Below the pieces are notes generated by a model. The model saw only the letters and a program-made list of their open reading frames with translations, made no database searches and was not told the DNA's origin. From Eledone cirrhosa (lineage: Eukaryota), in contig OZ024764.1 of the NCBI GenBank assembly GCA_964016885.1, positions 7,812,001 to 7,876,000 on the forward strand: a stretch of 64,000 nt of DNA. Direction: 5' to 3'. Position numbers and translations under genes: made by a program. This document shows, one piece after another, positions 11,770-35,432 of this stretch (position 1 is the first letter of the stretch; each line of letters begins with the position of its first letter).

Positions 11770-12575
11770 ATTCGTCTTCGCCTACTTATTCCTGAGTGGG
11801 TCGTGTGGGCAGCGTCCTCAAAACACTCCCTCCTGTGAGTCCTGGCAGAAGCAACCATCTCCAACTGATCCGGCTGAATCCCAAAACGTGACCAGCTAAG
11901 GTCATGGATGTTATCCAACGACCTTGCTCTGTGTCTCCTTCCCGTTTGTTTCGCTCGTAAAATCTGTCCAGCGATTCTTTCCTGAGACATTCTAACCACA
12001 TGTCTGTAGTATCAGAGCTGTGATCTCTCAATTCAGAGATTCTTTCCTGAGACATTCTAACCACATGTCTGTAGTATCAGAGCTGTGATCTCTCAATTCA
12101 GAGATTCTTTCCTGAGATATTCTAACCACATGTCTGTAGTATCAGAGCTGTGATCTCTCAATTCAGAGATTCTTTCCTGAGACATTCTAACCACATGTCT
12201 GTAGTATCAGAGCTGTGATCTCTCAATTCAGAGATTCTTTCCTGAGACATTCTAACCACATGTCTGTAGTATCAGAGCTGTAATCTCTCAATTCAGAGAT
12301 TCTTTCCTGAGACATTCTAACCACATGTCTGTAGTATCAGAGCTGTGATCTCTCAATTCAGAGATTCTTTCCTGAGACATTCTAACCACATGTCTGTAGT
12401 ATCAGAGCTGTGATCTCTCAATTCAGAGATTCTTTCCTGAGATATTCTAACCACATGTCTGTAGTATCAGAGCTGTGATCTCTCAATTCAGAGATTCTTT
12501 CCTGAGACATTCTAACCACATGTCAGGTAGAGCCGCTACTTCTCCGAATAGAGAGGCCACGGCTCCGATACTATG
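11770..12575 (-). mobile_element. RTE-like LINE 3' fragment (family 2) carrying a 65-bp internal tandem array, ~8.5 copies
   Basis: Minus strand reads ..[34 protein letters not shown]; array at 11973-12523. Confidence 0.8.
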
Positions 12576-12929
12576 GACATATATATATATATATTTTATG
12601 TGGGCTGATAGTGATTGGATTAAGGAATTGCAGAAACCCAAGAAGCTAGATTTAACATCTTTCTAGCAGGTCCGGGTGAGTTTTTTTACATTCATTTAAT
12701 TTATTGATATTTTATTTGAGTGACCCGAATCTTCCTGGTTGTTCTTTTTCGGCTGCACGGGTGATTTTAGGCATGATCTCTATGTGTTGGTATTTTAACG
12801 ATAGTTATAGCTCTGATTTTTCCAAATTATTGAGCCCTCTGCCACATATATCGGATATTGTTTATCGTGATTTCGTGGGCTGATATTCCGATTCTCGATT
12901 ATTCTACTATATATATATATATATATATA

Positions 12930-13072
12930 AAACAAAGAAAGTGTGGTAAGGAACCAGGCAGACCATAACGCACCAGAGTACTCGATACTTAGGGTAGTAG
13001 AGTGGGTAATAGGAAAAGAAACAGGACCCCGGCGGCTGCTGAGCTCCGGCCGTTTCGACAGCTAGATCAGAA

Positions 13073-13077
<5 letters not shown>
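12930..13077. mobile_element. Short (TA)n-embedded dispersed repeat, Penelope pLTR-like
   Basis: Core GTGGTAAGGAACCAGG..TACTTAGGGTAGTAGAGTGGGTAATAGG recurs at 13680-14230, 31985-32080, 41320-41530, 43140-43275, 52460-52650, each flanked by (TA)n. Class assignment is inference. Confidence 0.6.
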
Positions 13078-13107
<30 letters not shown>

Positions 13108-13259
13108 ACACACTAGATATACGAGCCATAACGAAAAGCCTACACATGGACACTAGATCAGCTAGAAATAGCAGCAAACCAAACTCTACCATTATACAAA
13201 AGCTGTTTAAATTTTCAAATGAAAGACGCTGAATTTCTGTTTTGTTTGTTTTTTAATTT

Positions 13260-13566
13260 CTCTTGCTAAGGGAGATAACTCTATTTTACACCTGTTGCTA
13301 AGCAATAGATTCGCGTTATCACCCCGCCTGCCGTCAATATTTTATCATAACTACCACTACTACTACCACCACCACTATATACGCACTCTGTCCCCACCGC
13401 CACCATAATTCCCTTTACTGCTATCACCATCCCTTTTCCCGACACCACCATCACCATCACGTAATAATTGACAGCTGAAATGGCCGGGAAAAGACAACCC
13501 CTATGTATATATATACACACATATATAAGTGCGTATATATACACACACACTTATATATAGGTGAGT
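13260..13566 (+). promoter_or_regulatory. Candidate promoter and non-coding first exon of the CCDC74-like gene
   Basis: X-box-like GTTGCTAAGCAAT (13294-13306) and CTTGCTAAGGGAGAT (13262-13276), CpG-containing unique sequence, strong donor AG|GTGAGT at 13560/13561, and a downstream acceptor TTTTTACAG|G at 15919/15920. Confidence 0.45.
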
Positions 13567-13619
13567 TGAGACTAATATATTATACATATATATATAACTG
13601 CTGTAGAATCACTTCTTCC

Positions 13620-13679
<60 letters not shown>

Positions 13680-13684
<5 letters not shown>

Positions 13685-14235
13685 AACAAGTAAGACCCCG
13701 ACGGCTGAGCTCAAACCGTTTCGACGGCTAATACTGAAACGGCTTGAGCTCAGCCGTCGGGGTCTTACTTGTTCCTATTACCCACTCTACTACCCTAAGT
13801 ATTGAGTACTTTGGTGCGTTATGGTCCACCTGGTTCCTTGCCACATTTCCTTCGTTATATATATATATATATAGGAAAATGTATGACCCCGACGGCAGAG
13901 CTCAAGCCGTTTCGACGGCTATTTCTGGATATAGCCGTCGAAACGGCTTGAGCTCTGCTGTCGAGGTCATACATTTTCCTATTACCCACTCTTCTACCCT
14001 AAGTATTGAGTATTGTGGTGCGTTATGGTCCAACTGGTTCCTTACCACACTTCCTTCGTTATATATATATATATATAATATAAAAGCGTTGAAATATCCG
14101 ATTCCGCCAGACATATTTATATATAACGAAGGAAGTGTGGTAAGGAACCAGGTGGACCGATACTTAGGGTAGTAGAGTGGGTAATAGCTGTCGAAACAGC
14201 CGGAGCTCAGCCGTCGGGGTCCTGACTCTTTTCAT
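13680..14235. mobile_element. Cluster of fold-back copies of the (TA)n-embedded repeat
   Basis: Hairpins at 13680-13781 and 13872-13982 centred on CGTTTCGAC...GAAACGG. Confidence 0.65.
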
Positions 14236-15104
14236 ATATATCTACATTTAATATAGAAATGGCTTCTACGCTTTTCCCTGCTTGCAAGGGTAGGACGGGT
14301 CTTATTCAGCACAGCATCTCTCTACTTGTCACGGTCCTTTGTCATCTCCGTGAGCTTCAACGATCTGAGGTCCGCTCTCACCACCTCTCACCACCATGTT
14401 TTTCGTCGTCTTCCTTCTACTACGTCTTCCTTCATATATTTGTATAAATGTATATACATGTACACATATACACACACATATACTGTATATATGTGTTTGT
14501 ATATACATACATACATATGTATGTATGTAAATAGAAAATTATATATAGATATGTATTTACACATACACGGATCTGTGTAAATAAGTTTTGTTTTTTTTTA
14601 TCTTGTTCGTTGTTGTTGTTTCGACCCATAACAGCCCCCTACCCCCACCTCCGCGCCCCATCCATTACATATCTATAGGGTGTTATTCCAGCCCCGTGAC
14701 CATCCCATCGATTTCGTTTAATAAGGATTTTGGCTGCTATTTCTAGCGTGGTTTAAGTACCATTTAGATAGAGGCTCGCACATTGTATTACGTCCAAGCT
14801 ACTGATGTTGTTGTTATGGTGGTGGTTGTGTTGTTGGGGGGGGGGGCTGTTTTTGGTGTTGTTTGTGTTGTTGGTGGTGGTGTTGTTATGGCGGTGGTGA
14901 TAGTGGTGTTGTTGTTATGGTGGTGGTGTTGTTGTTATGGTGGTGGTGGTGGTGGTGATGTTGTTGTTATGATGGTGGTGGTGGTGTTGTTTGTGTTGGT
15001 GTTTTTGTTGATGGTGTTGTTAGTGTTATTGGTGGAGGTATTCGAGTTGGTGTTGTTGTTGATGTTGTTGGGGCTCGTGGATGGGAAATGTAGCCATCAC
15101 CACT

Positions 15105-15880
15105 TCAGCTGTGAAATGTAGAGTAGGCCCAAGCCAGATGTAAAATGTTGGCTCGGGCCTGATATGAAATTTAGGCTCAAGCCAGATGTGAAATATAGAC
15201 TCAGAGTAGATATAAAATAGAGGCCTTGGCCAGATGTAAAATTTTGGCCCAGTTGTGAAATCGAGGACCAGGGCAGATGTGAAATATATGCCCAGGCCAT
15301 ATGTGAAATATAAGCCTAGCCAAATCTTAAATGTTGGCCCAGATGTATAAGATAGGCCCAAGCCAGATGTATAAGATAGGCCCAAGCCAGATGTATAAGA
15401 TAGGCTCAAGTCAGATGTGAAATGTAGAACAGACTCAGGCAAGATGTAAAATTTAGACCCAGACCAGATGTATAATGTAGGCCCAAGCCAGATGTTAAAT
15501 ATAGACCCAGGCCAGATGTAAAATGTACGTCCAGGCCAGGCCAGATGTAAAATGTAGACCCAGCCCAGATGTAAAATGTAGACCCAGGCCAGATGTATAA
15601 TGTAGACCCAGGCCAGATGTAAAATGTAGACCGAGGCCAGATGTAAAATGTAGACCCAGGCCAGATGTAAAATGTAGACCAAGGCCAGATGTATAATGTA
15701 GACCCAGGCCAGATGTAAAATGTAGACCAAGGCCAGATGTATAATGTAGACCCAGGCCAGATGTAAAATGTAGACCAAGGCCAGATGTAAAATGTAGGCC
15801 CAGGCCAGATGTAAAATGTAGACCGAGGCCAGATGTAAAATGTAGGCCCAGGCCAGATGAAAAATGTAGACCAGGCCAGA
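15105..15880. repeat. 24-bp minisatellite (GCCAGATGTAAAATGTAGACCCAG)n
   Basis: ~30 units, more degenerate to the left; source of the STFYIWPG spurious ORFs. Confidence 0.88.
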
Positions 15881-15949
15881 TTATTGCTGTTATTTTTATT
15901 ATTGTTTTTGTTTTTACAGGAATCTGATGTGAGTGGTAGGAGGAGGCAA

Positions 15950-17035
15950 ATACTACCACCACCACCATTACTACTACTACTACCACTACCAGTACCACTA
16001 CTACTACTACTACCAACAACAGCACCACCAGTACCACACCAGCTCCACCTCCACAACAACACCATCACTACCACTACCACCACTACTACCACTACTACAA
16101 CTATCAACAACAGCAACGGCAGCACCACTACAACCAAAACCACTACACCACCAACAACACCACACCACCATCACTCAACCACCAACAACACCACTACTAC
16201 CACCAGCACACCACCACCACTACCACCACTATCACAGCACCAATACCACTACTACCACCAACAGCACCACCACATCACCACTACCCTACCAACACCGCCA
16301 ACCTACCATCACAACACCACCACCACCACACCACTATCACCCTACCAACACCACCATCCCACCATCACATCAGCACCAACACCACCTCCAACAGCACCAC
16401 CACCTCCACTGCAACCATCCCACCATTCCACCACCACCTCCACCACACCACCACACCACCACCACCACCACACCACCACACCACCACATCAGCACCACCA
16501 CCACCACCACCACACCACCATCCCACTACCAGCACCATCACCAACCCACCACAACACCACACCACCACAACAACACCACCACCACACCACACCGCCACCA
16601 CCACCACACCACACCACCACCACACCACACCACCACAACAACACCACCACAACAACACCACCACACCACAACACAACACCACCACCACCACAACACCACA
16701 ACACCACCATCCCACCACCACCACCACCACAACACTACCACACCACACCACCACAACAACACCACCACACCACACCATCACACCACACCACACCGCCACT
16801 ACATCACACCACACCGCCACTACACCACACCACACCACCACAACACCACCATCCCACCACCACCATCCCACCACCACCACCACCACCACAACACCACCAC
16901 ACCACACCACCACAACAACATCACCACCACAACACCACCACCACAACACCACCACACCACACCGCACCGCCACCACCACCACAACACACCACACCACCAC
17001 AACACCACCACCACAACACCACCACCACCATCACC
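15950..17035. repeat. CAC/CAA low-complexity tract, possibly in the 5' UTR exon of the CCDC74-like gene
   Basis: Degenerate trinucleotide repeat between acceptor 15919 and ATG 17044. Confidence 0.75.
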
Positions 17036-17043
17036 AGGTGAGG

Positions 17044-28343
<11,300 letters not shown>

Positions 28344-28364
28344 AGGCAATGAAGAGAAAACATC

Positions 28365-29585
28365 ATACACCACCACCACCACCACCACATCAAACCACTA
28401 CACCACTCCACACCACATTGTACTACACCACACCACCACCACACCGCATCAAACCACTACACCACTCCATACCACATTATACTACACCACACCACCACCA
28501 CAACCACCACATCAAACCACTACACCACTCCACACCACACCACCACCACACCACATCAAACCACTACACCACTCATACCACATTATACTACACCACACCA
28601 CCACCACATCAAACCACTCCACACCACATTATACTACACCACACCACCACAACCACCACTCCATACCACATTATACTCCACACTACACCACACCACATCA
28701 AACCACTACACCACTCATACCACATTATACTACACCACACCACCACGACACCGCATCAAACCACTACACCACTCCATACCACATTATACTCCACACTACA
28801 CCACTCATACCACATTATACTACACCACACCACCACCACACCGCATCAAACCACTACACCACTCCACACCACATTACACTACGCTACACTACACTATACC
28901 ATGCTACACTACACTACACTATACTATACCACACTACACTACACTACACTACACTACACTATACTATACCACACTACACTACACTATACTACACTACACT
29001 ATACTATACTACACTATACTATACCACACTACACTACACTATACTATACTATATATACTACACTACACTACACTATACTATACCACACTACACTATACTA
29101 TACTATACTATACTACACTACACTACACTATACTACACTATACTATACCACACTACACTACACTACACTACACTACACTACACTACACTACACTACACTA
29201 CACTATACTATACCACACTACACTACACTACACTACACTACACTACACTACACTACACTACACTATACTATACCACACTACACTACACTATACTACACTA
29301 CACTATACTATACTACACTATACTATACCACACTACACTACACTATACTATACTATATATACTACACTACACTACACTATACTATACCACACTACACTAT
29401 ACTATACTATACTATACTACACTACACTACACTATACTATACCCCTCTACACTACACTACACTATACTATACTATACTATATATACTACACTACACTTAC
29501 ACTATACTACACCACACTACACTATACTATATTATACTATAGTACACTATACTATACCACACCACTATACTACACTACACTACAC
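28365..29585. repeat. (CAC)n grading into (CACTA/TACTA)n low-complexity repeat, probable 3' UTR
   Basis: Direct observation; source of the spurious 400-aa ORF. Confidence 0.9.
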
Positions 29586-30184
29586 TCATCCATACACACA
29601 TTGTCACACAAGACCACACATACACACGCACAAACACTCTCACAAGACCAAATACACACACACAAGAACACAGACACACACACACATACACACACGCACA
29701 CAAGACCACATACACACACACAACCATCCACCTCTCTCTCCATCTAATTATTGTCTTTCCTTACTATCACCACCATCATCTTAACCACCATCACCATCCC
29801 TAACACCACCACCACCACCACCATCACCATCCCTAACACCACCACCACCACTGCCACCGCCATCCCTAACACCACCACCACCTCCACCGTCATCCCTAAC
29901 ACCACCACCACCACCATCCCTAACACCAACCACCAACACCACCACCACCATCATTGTAGTCCTCCAAATACACACAACCACAGCACCACCACCCACCCAA
30001 GTGCTCTCTCTCTCCCCCCAAATTCCTGCTGACCACCACCACCACCACATCTGTCCACTCACCCACTTCCACCACATCTGTCCACTCACCCACCACCACA
30101 TCTGTCCACTCACCCACCTCCACTAGCAACAGCATAATTTTATATTTTTTTTATTCTATGTTGTCATCTGTATTTATTATTCTC

Positions 30185-30190
30185 AATAAA
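30185..30190 (+). other. Candidate polyadenylation signal AATAAA of the CCDC74-like gene
   Basis: First AATAAA I see after the stop, preceded by a T-rich tract and followed by GT-rich sequence. Confidence 0.45.
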
Positions 30191-30239
30191 AGATTTGTTG
30201 TTAATATTGTTGTTGTTGTTGTTGTTAATAAAATAATAA

Positions 30240-30430
30240 TAATTGTTTCTATTTTAGGCACAAGGCCAGCAATTACCCAGTACATTACTGGTACTTTATT
30301 TTATCGACCCCGTAAGGATGAAAGGCAAAGTCAACCTCGGCGGGATTTGAACTCAGATCGTAAAGGGACGTAACTATGCTAGAAAACATGGCGTCCAACC
30401 CTCTACCGATACTGCCAATCCACTGCCCAT
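30240..30430 (-). mobile_element. SINE family B copy
   Basis: Reverse complement of 7803-7995. Confidence 0.8.
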
Positions 30431-30744
30431 GTATAAAAAAAACCCATGTATAAATAATCCATGTATAAAAATAATAATAACGATTTCATTTATTAGCCAC
30501 AAGGGCCGACATGTAGGGGACAATACAAAGACAGGGACAGTGGGGGGTTTACAATAAGGTCCAGTAAAAGTGCACAATGGCAAGACTAATTTAACAATGA
30601 AGATATAAAAATATAAAATAAACTATGCATAAATATAACAAAATAAATTCCCCGATAGGGGGTGGACGACCCTGGGGTGACTCAGGTACCCTCCCAATCC
30701 GGAACCACCCTGCACTTCTAGGGTACCCAGGGAGAGCACCCCTC

Positions 30745-31927
30745 TAATAATAATAATGAAATTATTGTGTAAAGTGCTCAGGTGCACTACAACTCGTCAA
30801 AGGTGCATGTATAGTACATAGAATAATATACAAATGTCAGGGAAGTGAACAGTGTATGAGTCATGATATACATGTGTACGAGTGTATGGAGGAGGGAATA
30901 TCAGGTGTTGTGTCGGTGAATCTCAGGAAGCATGGAGGTTTTAAAGGATGCAGTGTCTCGACAGCTAACAACCGATGCAGGTAGTTTGTTCCATGGAGGT
31001 TTTAAAGGATGCAGTGTCTCGACAGCTAACAACCGATGCAGGTAGTTTGTTCCATGGAGGTTTTAAAGGATGCAGTGTCTCGACAGCTAACAACTGATGC
31101 AGGTAGTTTGTTCCATGGAGGTTTTAAAAGATGCAGTGTCTCGACAGCTAACAACTGATGCAGGTAGTTTGTTCCATGGAGGTTTTAAAGGATGCAGTGT
31201 CTCGACAGCTAACAACCGATGCAGGTAGTTTGTTCCATGGAGGTTTTAAAGGATGCAGTGTCCCGACAGCTAACGACTGATGCAGGTAGTTTGTTCCATG
31301 GAGGTTTTAAAGGATGCAGTGTCTCGACAGCTAACAACTGATGCAGGGAGTTTGTTCCATGGAGGTTGTAAAGGATGCAGTGTCTCGACAGCTAACGACC
31401 GATGCAGGTAGTTTGTTCCATGGAGGTTTTAAAGGATGCAGTGTCCCAACAGCTAACAACCGATGCAGGTAGTTTGTTCCATGGAGGTTTTAAAAGATGC
31501 AGTGTCCCGACAGCTAACGACTGATGCAGGTAGTTTGTTCCATGGAGGTTTTAAAGGATGCAGTGTCTCGACAGCTAACAACTGATGCAGGGAGTTTGTT
31601 CCATGGAGGTTGTAAAGGATGCAGTGTCTCGACAGCTAACGACTGATGCAGGTAGTTTGTTCCATGGAGGTTTTAAAGGATGCAGTGTCCCAACAGCTAA
31701 CAACTGATGCAGGTAGTTTGTACCATGGAGGTTTTAAAGGATGCAGTGTCTCGACAGCTAACAACCGATGCAGGGAGTTTGTTCCATGGAGGTTTTAAAG
31801 GATGCAGTGTCTCGACAGCTAACAACCGATGCAGGGAGTTTGTTCCATGGAGGTTTTAAAGGATGCAGTGTCTCGACAGCTAACAACCGATGCAGGTAGT
31901 TTGTTCCATGCTTCAGCAACTCTGGGT
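30745..31927 (-). mobile_element. CR1-like LINE 3' end with 61-bp array, ~16 copies
   Basis: Reverse complement of 34810-35432; [27 protein letters not shown]; array 30931-31910. Confidence 0.85.
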
Positions 31928-32097
31928 GTGTATACACACATACAGTAACAGGGAATGTGTGTGTGTGTATATATATATATATATAACGAAGGAAGTGTGG
32001 TAAGGAACCAGATGAACCATAACGCACCAGAGTACTCAATACTTAGGGTAGTAGAATGGGTAATGGGAAAATGTTTAACCCCGTTAAACATTTTCCG

Positions 32098-32159
<62 letters not shown>

Positions 32160-33039
32160 GTATATATATGTAAATATATATATATATGTATATATATATA
32201 TGTATATATGTGTGTGTGTATATATATATATAAATTTATATATATTCCCTGTTACTTTCCAAGAAATGAAATTATCATTTTGTCAGAATTACCTACCCTG
32301 TACCATGTTTTAGATTTGACGTCATTTCTGCCTCTCTCAATATCTCGCTGACTTCCACTTACCTTGATATGGCAGGCGACGTCTGGGTACTGGTTTAATG
32401 GTGTGTTGCTAAAATGACAAGCTTGACGATGGGTGGAATCCATATCACCGCCCGTTGTCTCCCAGATTAGGGGTTAAGTTACTGTCTTCGGTCTGTACTA
32501 CCACCGAATGTCGTTCGTTTTGTAAAACGTATGTAAACAATTGATCTTTCAACAGTTAAATCGATAGTTATACAGATAAGTAAATAGATAGATTTCTTTA
32601 TTTGCCACAAGAAATGGGACAATATAAAGACATATGACGGGGATTTTACATACAATCGTGTAAAAAAATGTTAACATAAAAATTCAACAATCGGAATCCC
32701 CAATAGGGGGGAGACGTTACAAATGGTTTGTATTATACCCCGTAGATAGAACAACCCTCAACTCCAGGAGCATGTTTTGTAAGTGCTCCTTATAGATAGA
32801 ATGACAGACAGGTAGATAGATCTATATTTTGACGATTGGAAAGTTCCCAGATAGCCCTCATTTGTTTGTCGAGATGGAGTAAAAGTCGTGGTGTCGGGCT
32901 AAAGAAACAATGTTTACATTGGTTTTTCCATTGATGATACTGTCTATCTGTCGCAAATCCTGGCAAAAGAAAGAAAGATAGATAATAGATTGATAGACAG
33001 ATAGGTAAATGGAAGTATTTTTCTGCGATATACGTATGA

Positions 33040-35432
33040 CCATGTCAATACTTCTACTTTGAGTTGTTTACCACCCCACAAATTACACTCAACACACAGC
33101 TCTTTGATATCCTCAGAGCTGCTCCCAGGAAAACAGCCACTTATGTTTTCATTGCAGGCGACTTCAATTACCATGAGATTACTTGGGAAACCTTTTGTTG
33201 GCCACAAAGTGTAAATGATTTCCTGGGGCTAGTGCTGGATTCGAACTGGTCCCAAGATGTCACCTCCCCCACATGAAGTAACAGCACTTTGGATCTGCTC
33301 TTCACCACTACCCCTGAAACAGTTATTATTGTCACTAATGAGGAACATTTAGGTGACTCTAATCATGCTATGATGATTGACAATATTTTTCTTATGGGCA
33401 GTAACAAAAACTACAACCATCTACAAACTGCTGTCTTTGACTGGAATAAAACAGACTGAATTCTTACTGCACTGAACTACAAAACCCAAACTGTCTTGAA
33501 TTTTATGACTCTGGAAATGTGAACACTATACGTCAGAATATCCTGAAGCAACCAGCCCTGACAGCAAAGTGTTCAGGAAATATGTGCGTTCAAAGCAGAG
33601 ACCTCACTCTCCAGTTGGTCCTCTTTGTAATCCCCACATAGGCCAGGTAACTGATGATCCCCAAAAATGTGCAGAACTTATTGTTGAAAACAAAAATGTA
33701 CCATCTCCACCACCTCTGACAGATATTCTATAGCAACTATGAAATTTACACCCGCAATGCTATGATGTCACCTTAAGAATAGGCATAACTATTCCTCTCT
33801 TGGTCTTGATGGTGTTAAGTACCTGCTTCTCAAAGTGGGGGGTACTTTCTTCTACACCAGCTTGCACTCTTCTTTCAATTCTGACTTATGGCAAAATTCT
33901 CTACAATGAGTGACAGATGATCTTTATAACTGGTTGAAGTCTTTCATTCTCAGTCGAAAAGAAGTAATCATGGTTCTAGGATAGTATTCCTCACCGTATG
34001 AGATGTCATCTGGTGTACCACAGGGATTTGTTCTTGGTCTCCGTTTGCTTGTTACATATATTAATGACATATATGCTAACTTAAAGAATGCTATAGTGCT
34101 GAAACACACATATGACATCAAGCTGTACTTTGAGATAAAAAGGACAGATCTTGTACACTATAGATCTTGCCTGCAATCTGACCTGGACACAATGCAACAA
34201 TGGATCACAGACTGGCAACTCAAGCTGGCTGTTGACAATTGTACCACCATGTATTTTGGGAGGAAAAACCCAGCATTCATATACTCCCTCCACAACACTA
34301 ATATCGAGGCGTTTCTTGTGAACGTGACCTGGGCATTACTGTCAGCAACGATTTGCGTTGGACAAAGCACATCTCTAAAATTGTCAAGAAGGCCAAAGGT
34401 CTGTTAGCATCACTCAGCAAGACCTTTGTCAGCCGCTCTCCAGCTATCTATTTAAAGCTGTATATAACTATGGTTTACCCACGCTTAGAATTTGCATAAC
34501 CAGTCTGGAACCCTTATCTTGCTCAGAACATTGACCTCCTGGAAACTGTTCAGGGACATGCAACCAAGCAAATACCCTCCATCAGGCATCTACCATACTC
34601 TGAACACCTTGATTCCCTGGGCATGGATACATTGAAGCTCCAACGTCTGGCAACTGACTTGGTAGACACCCACAAAATTATTAACCATCTTGCCAGCAGC
34701 AACCTTGAGCACCTTTTTGAATTCCATGTGTCTAACACATGTGGACATGCCTACAAAGTCAGAAAACAGCACAGCTCCCATGACTTTCAGAAACATTTTT
34801 TCCTCCTGCCCAGAATTGCTGAAGCATGGAACAAACTCCCTGCATCAGTTGTTAACTGTCGAGACACTGCATCCTTTAAAACCTCCATGGAACAAACTAC
34901 CTGCATCAGTTGTTAGGTGTCGAGACACTGCATCCTTTAAAATCTCCATGGAACAAACTACCTGCATCAGTTTTTAGCTGTCGAGACACTGCATCCTTTA
35001 ATACCTCCATGGAACAAACTACCTGCATCGGTTGTTAGCTGTCGAGACACTGCATCCTTTAAAACCTCCATGGAATGAACTACCTGCATCGGTTGTTAGC
35101 TGTCGAGACACTGCATCCTTTAAAACCTCCATGGAACGAACTACCTGCATCGGTTGTTAGCTGTCGGGACACTGCATCCTTTAAAACCTCCATGGAACGA
35201 ACTACCTGCATCGGTTGTTAGCTGTCGAGACACTGCATCCTTTAAAACTTCCATGCTTCCTGGAATTCACCAACACTACACCTAATATTCCTCCTCCATA
35301 CACACGCACACATGTATATCATGACTCATATACTGTTCATTTTCCTGACATTTGTACATTATTCTATGTACTATGCATGCACCTTTGATGAGTTGTAGTG
35401 CACCTGAGCACTGTACACAATAATTTCATTAT
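33040..35432 (+). mobile_element. Degenerate CR1-like LINE (AP endonuclease + reverse transcriptase remnants) with 61-bp array, 7 copies
   Basis: VFIAGDFNY (endonuclease), SSGVPQGFVLG..YINDI..DIKLY (RT), [23 protein letters not shown]; many stops, frameshifts and deletions; array 34826-35255. Confidence 0.88.
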
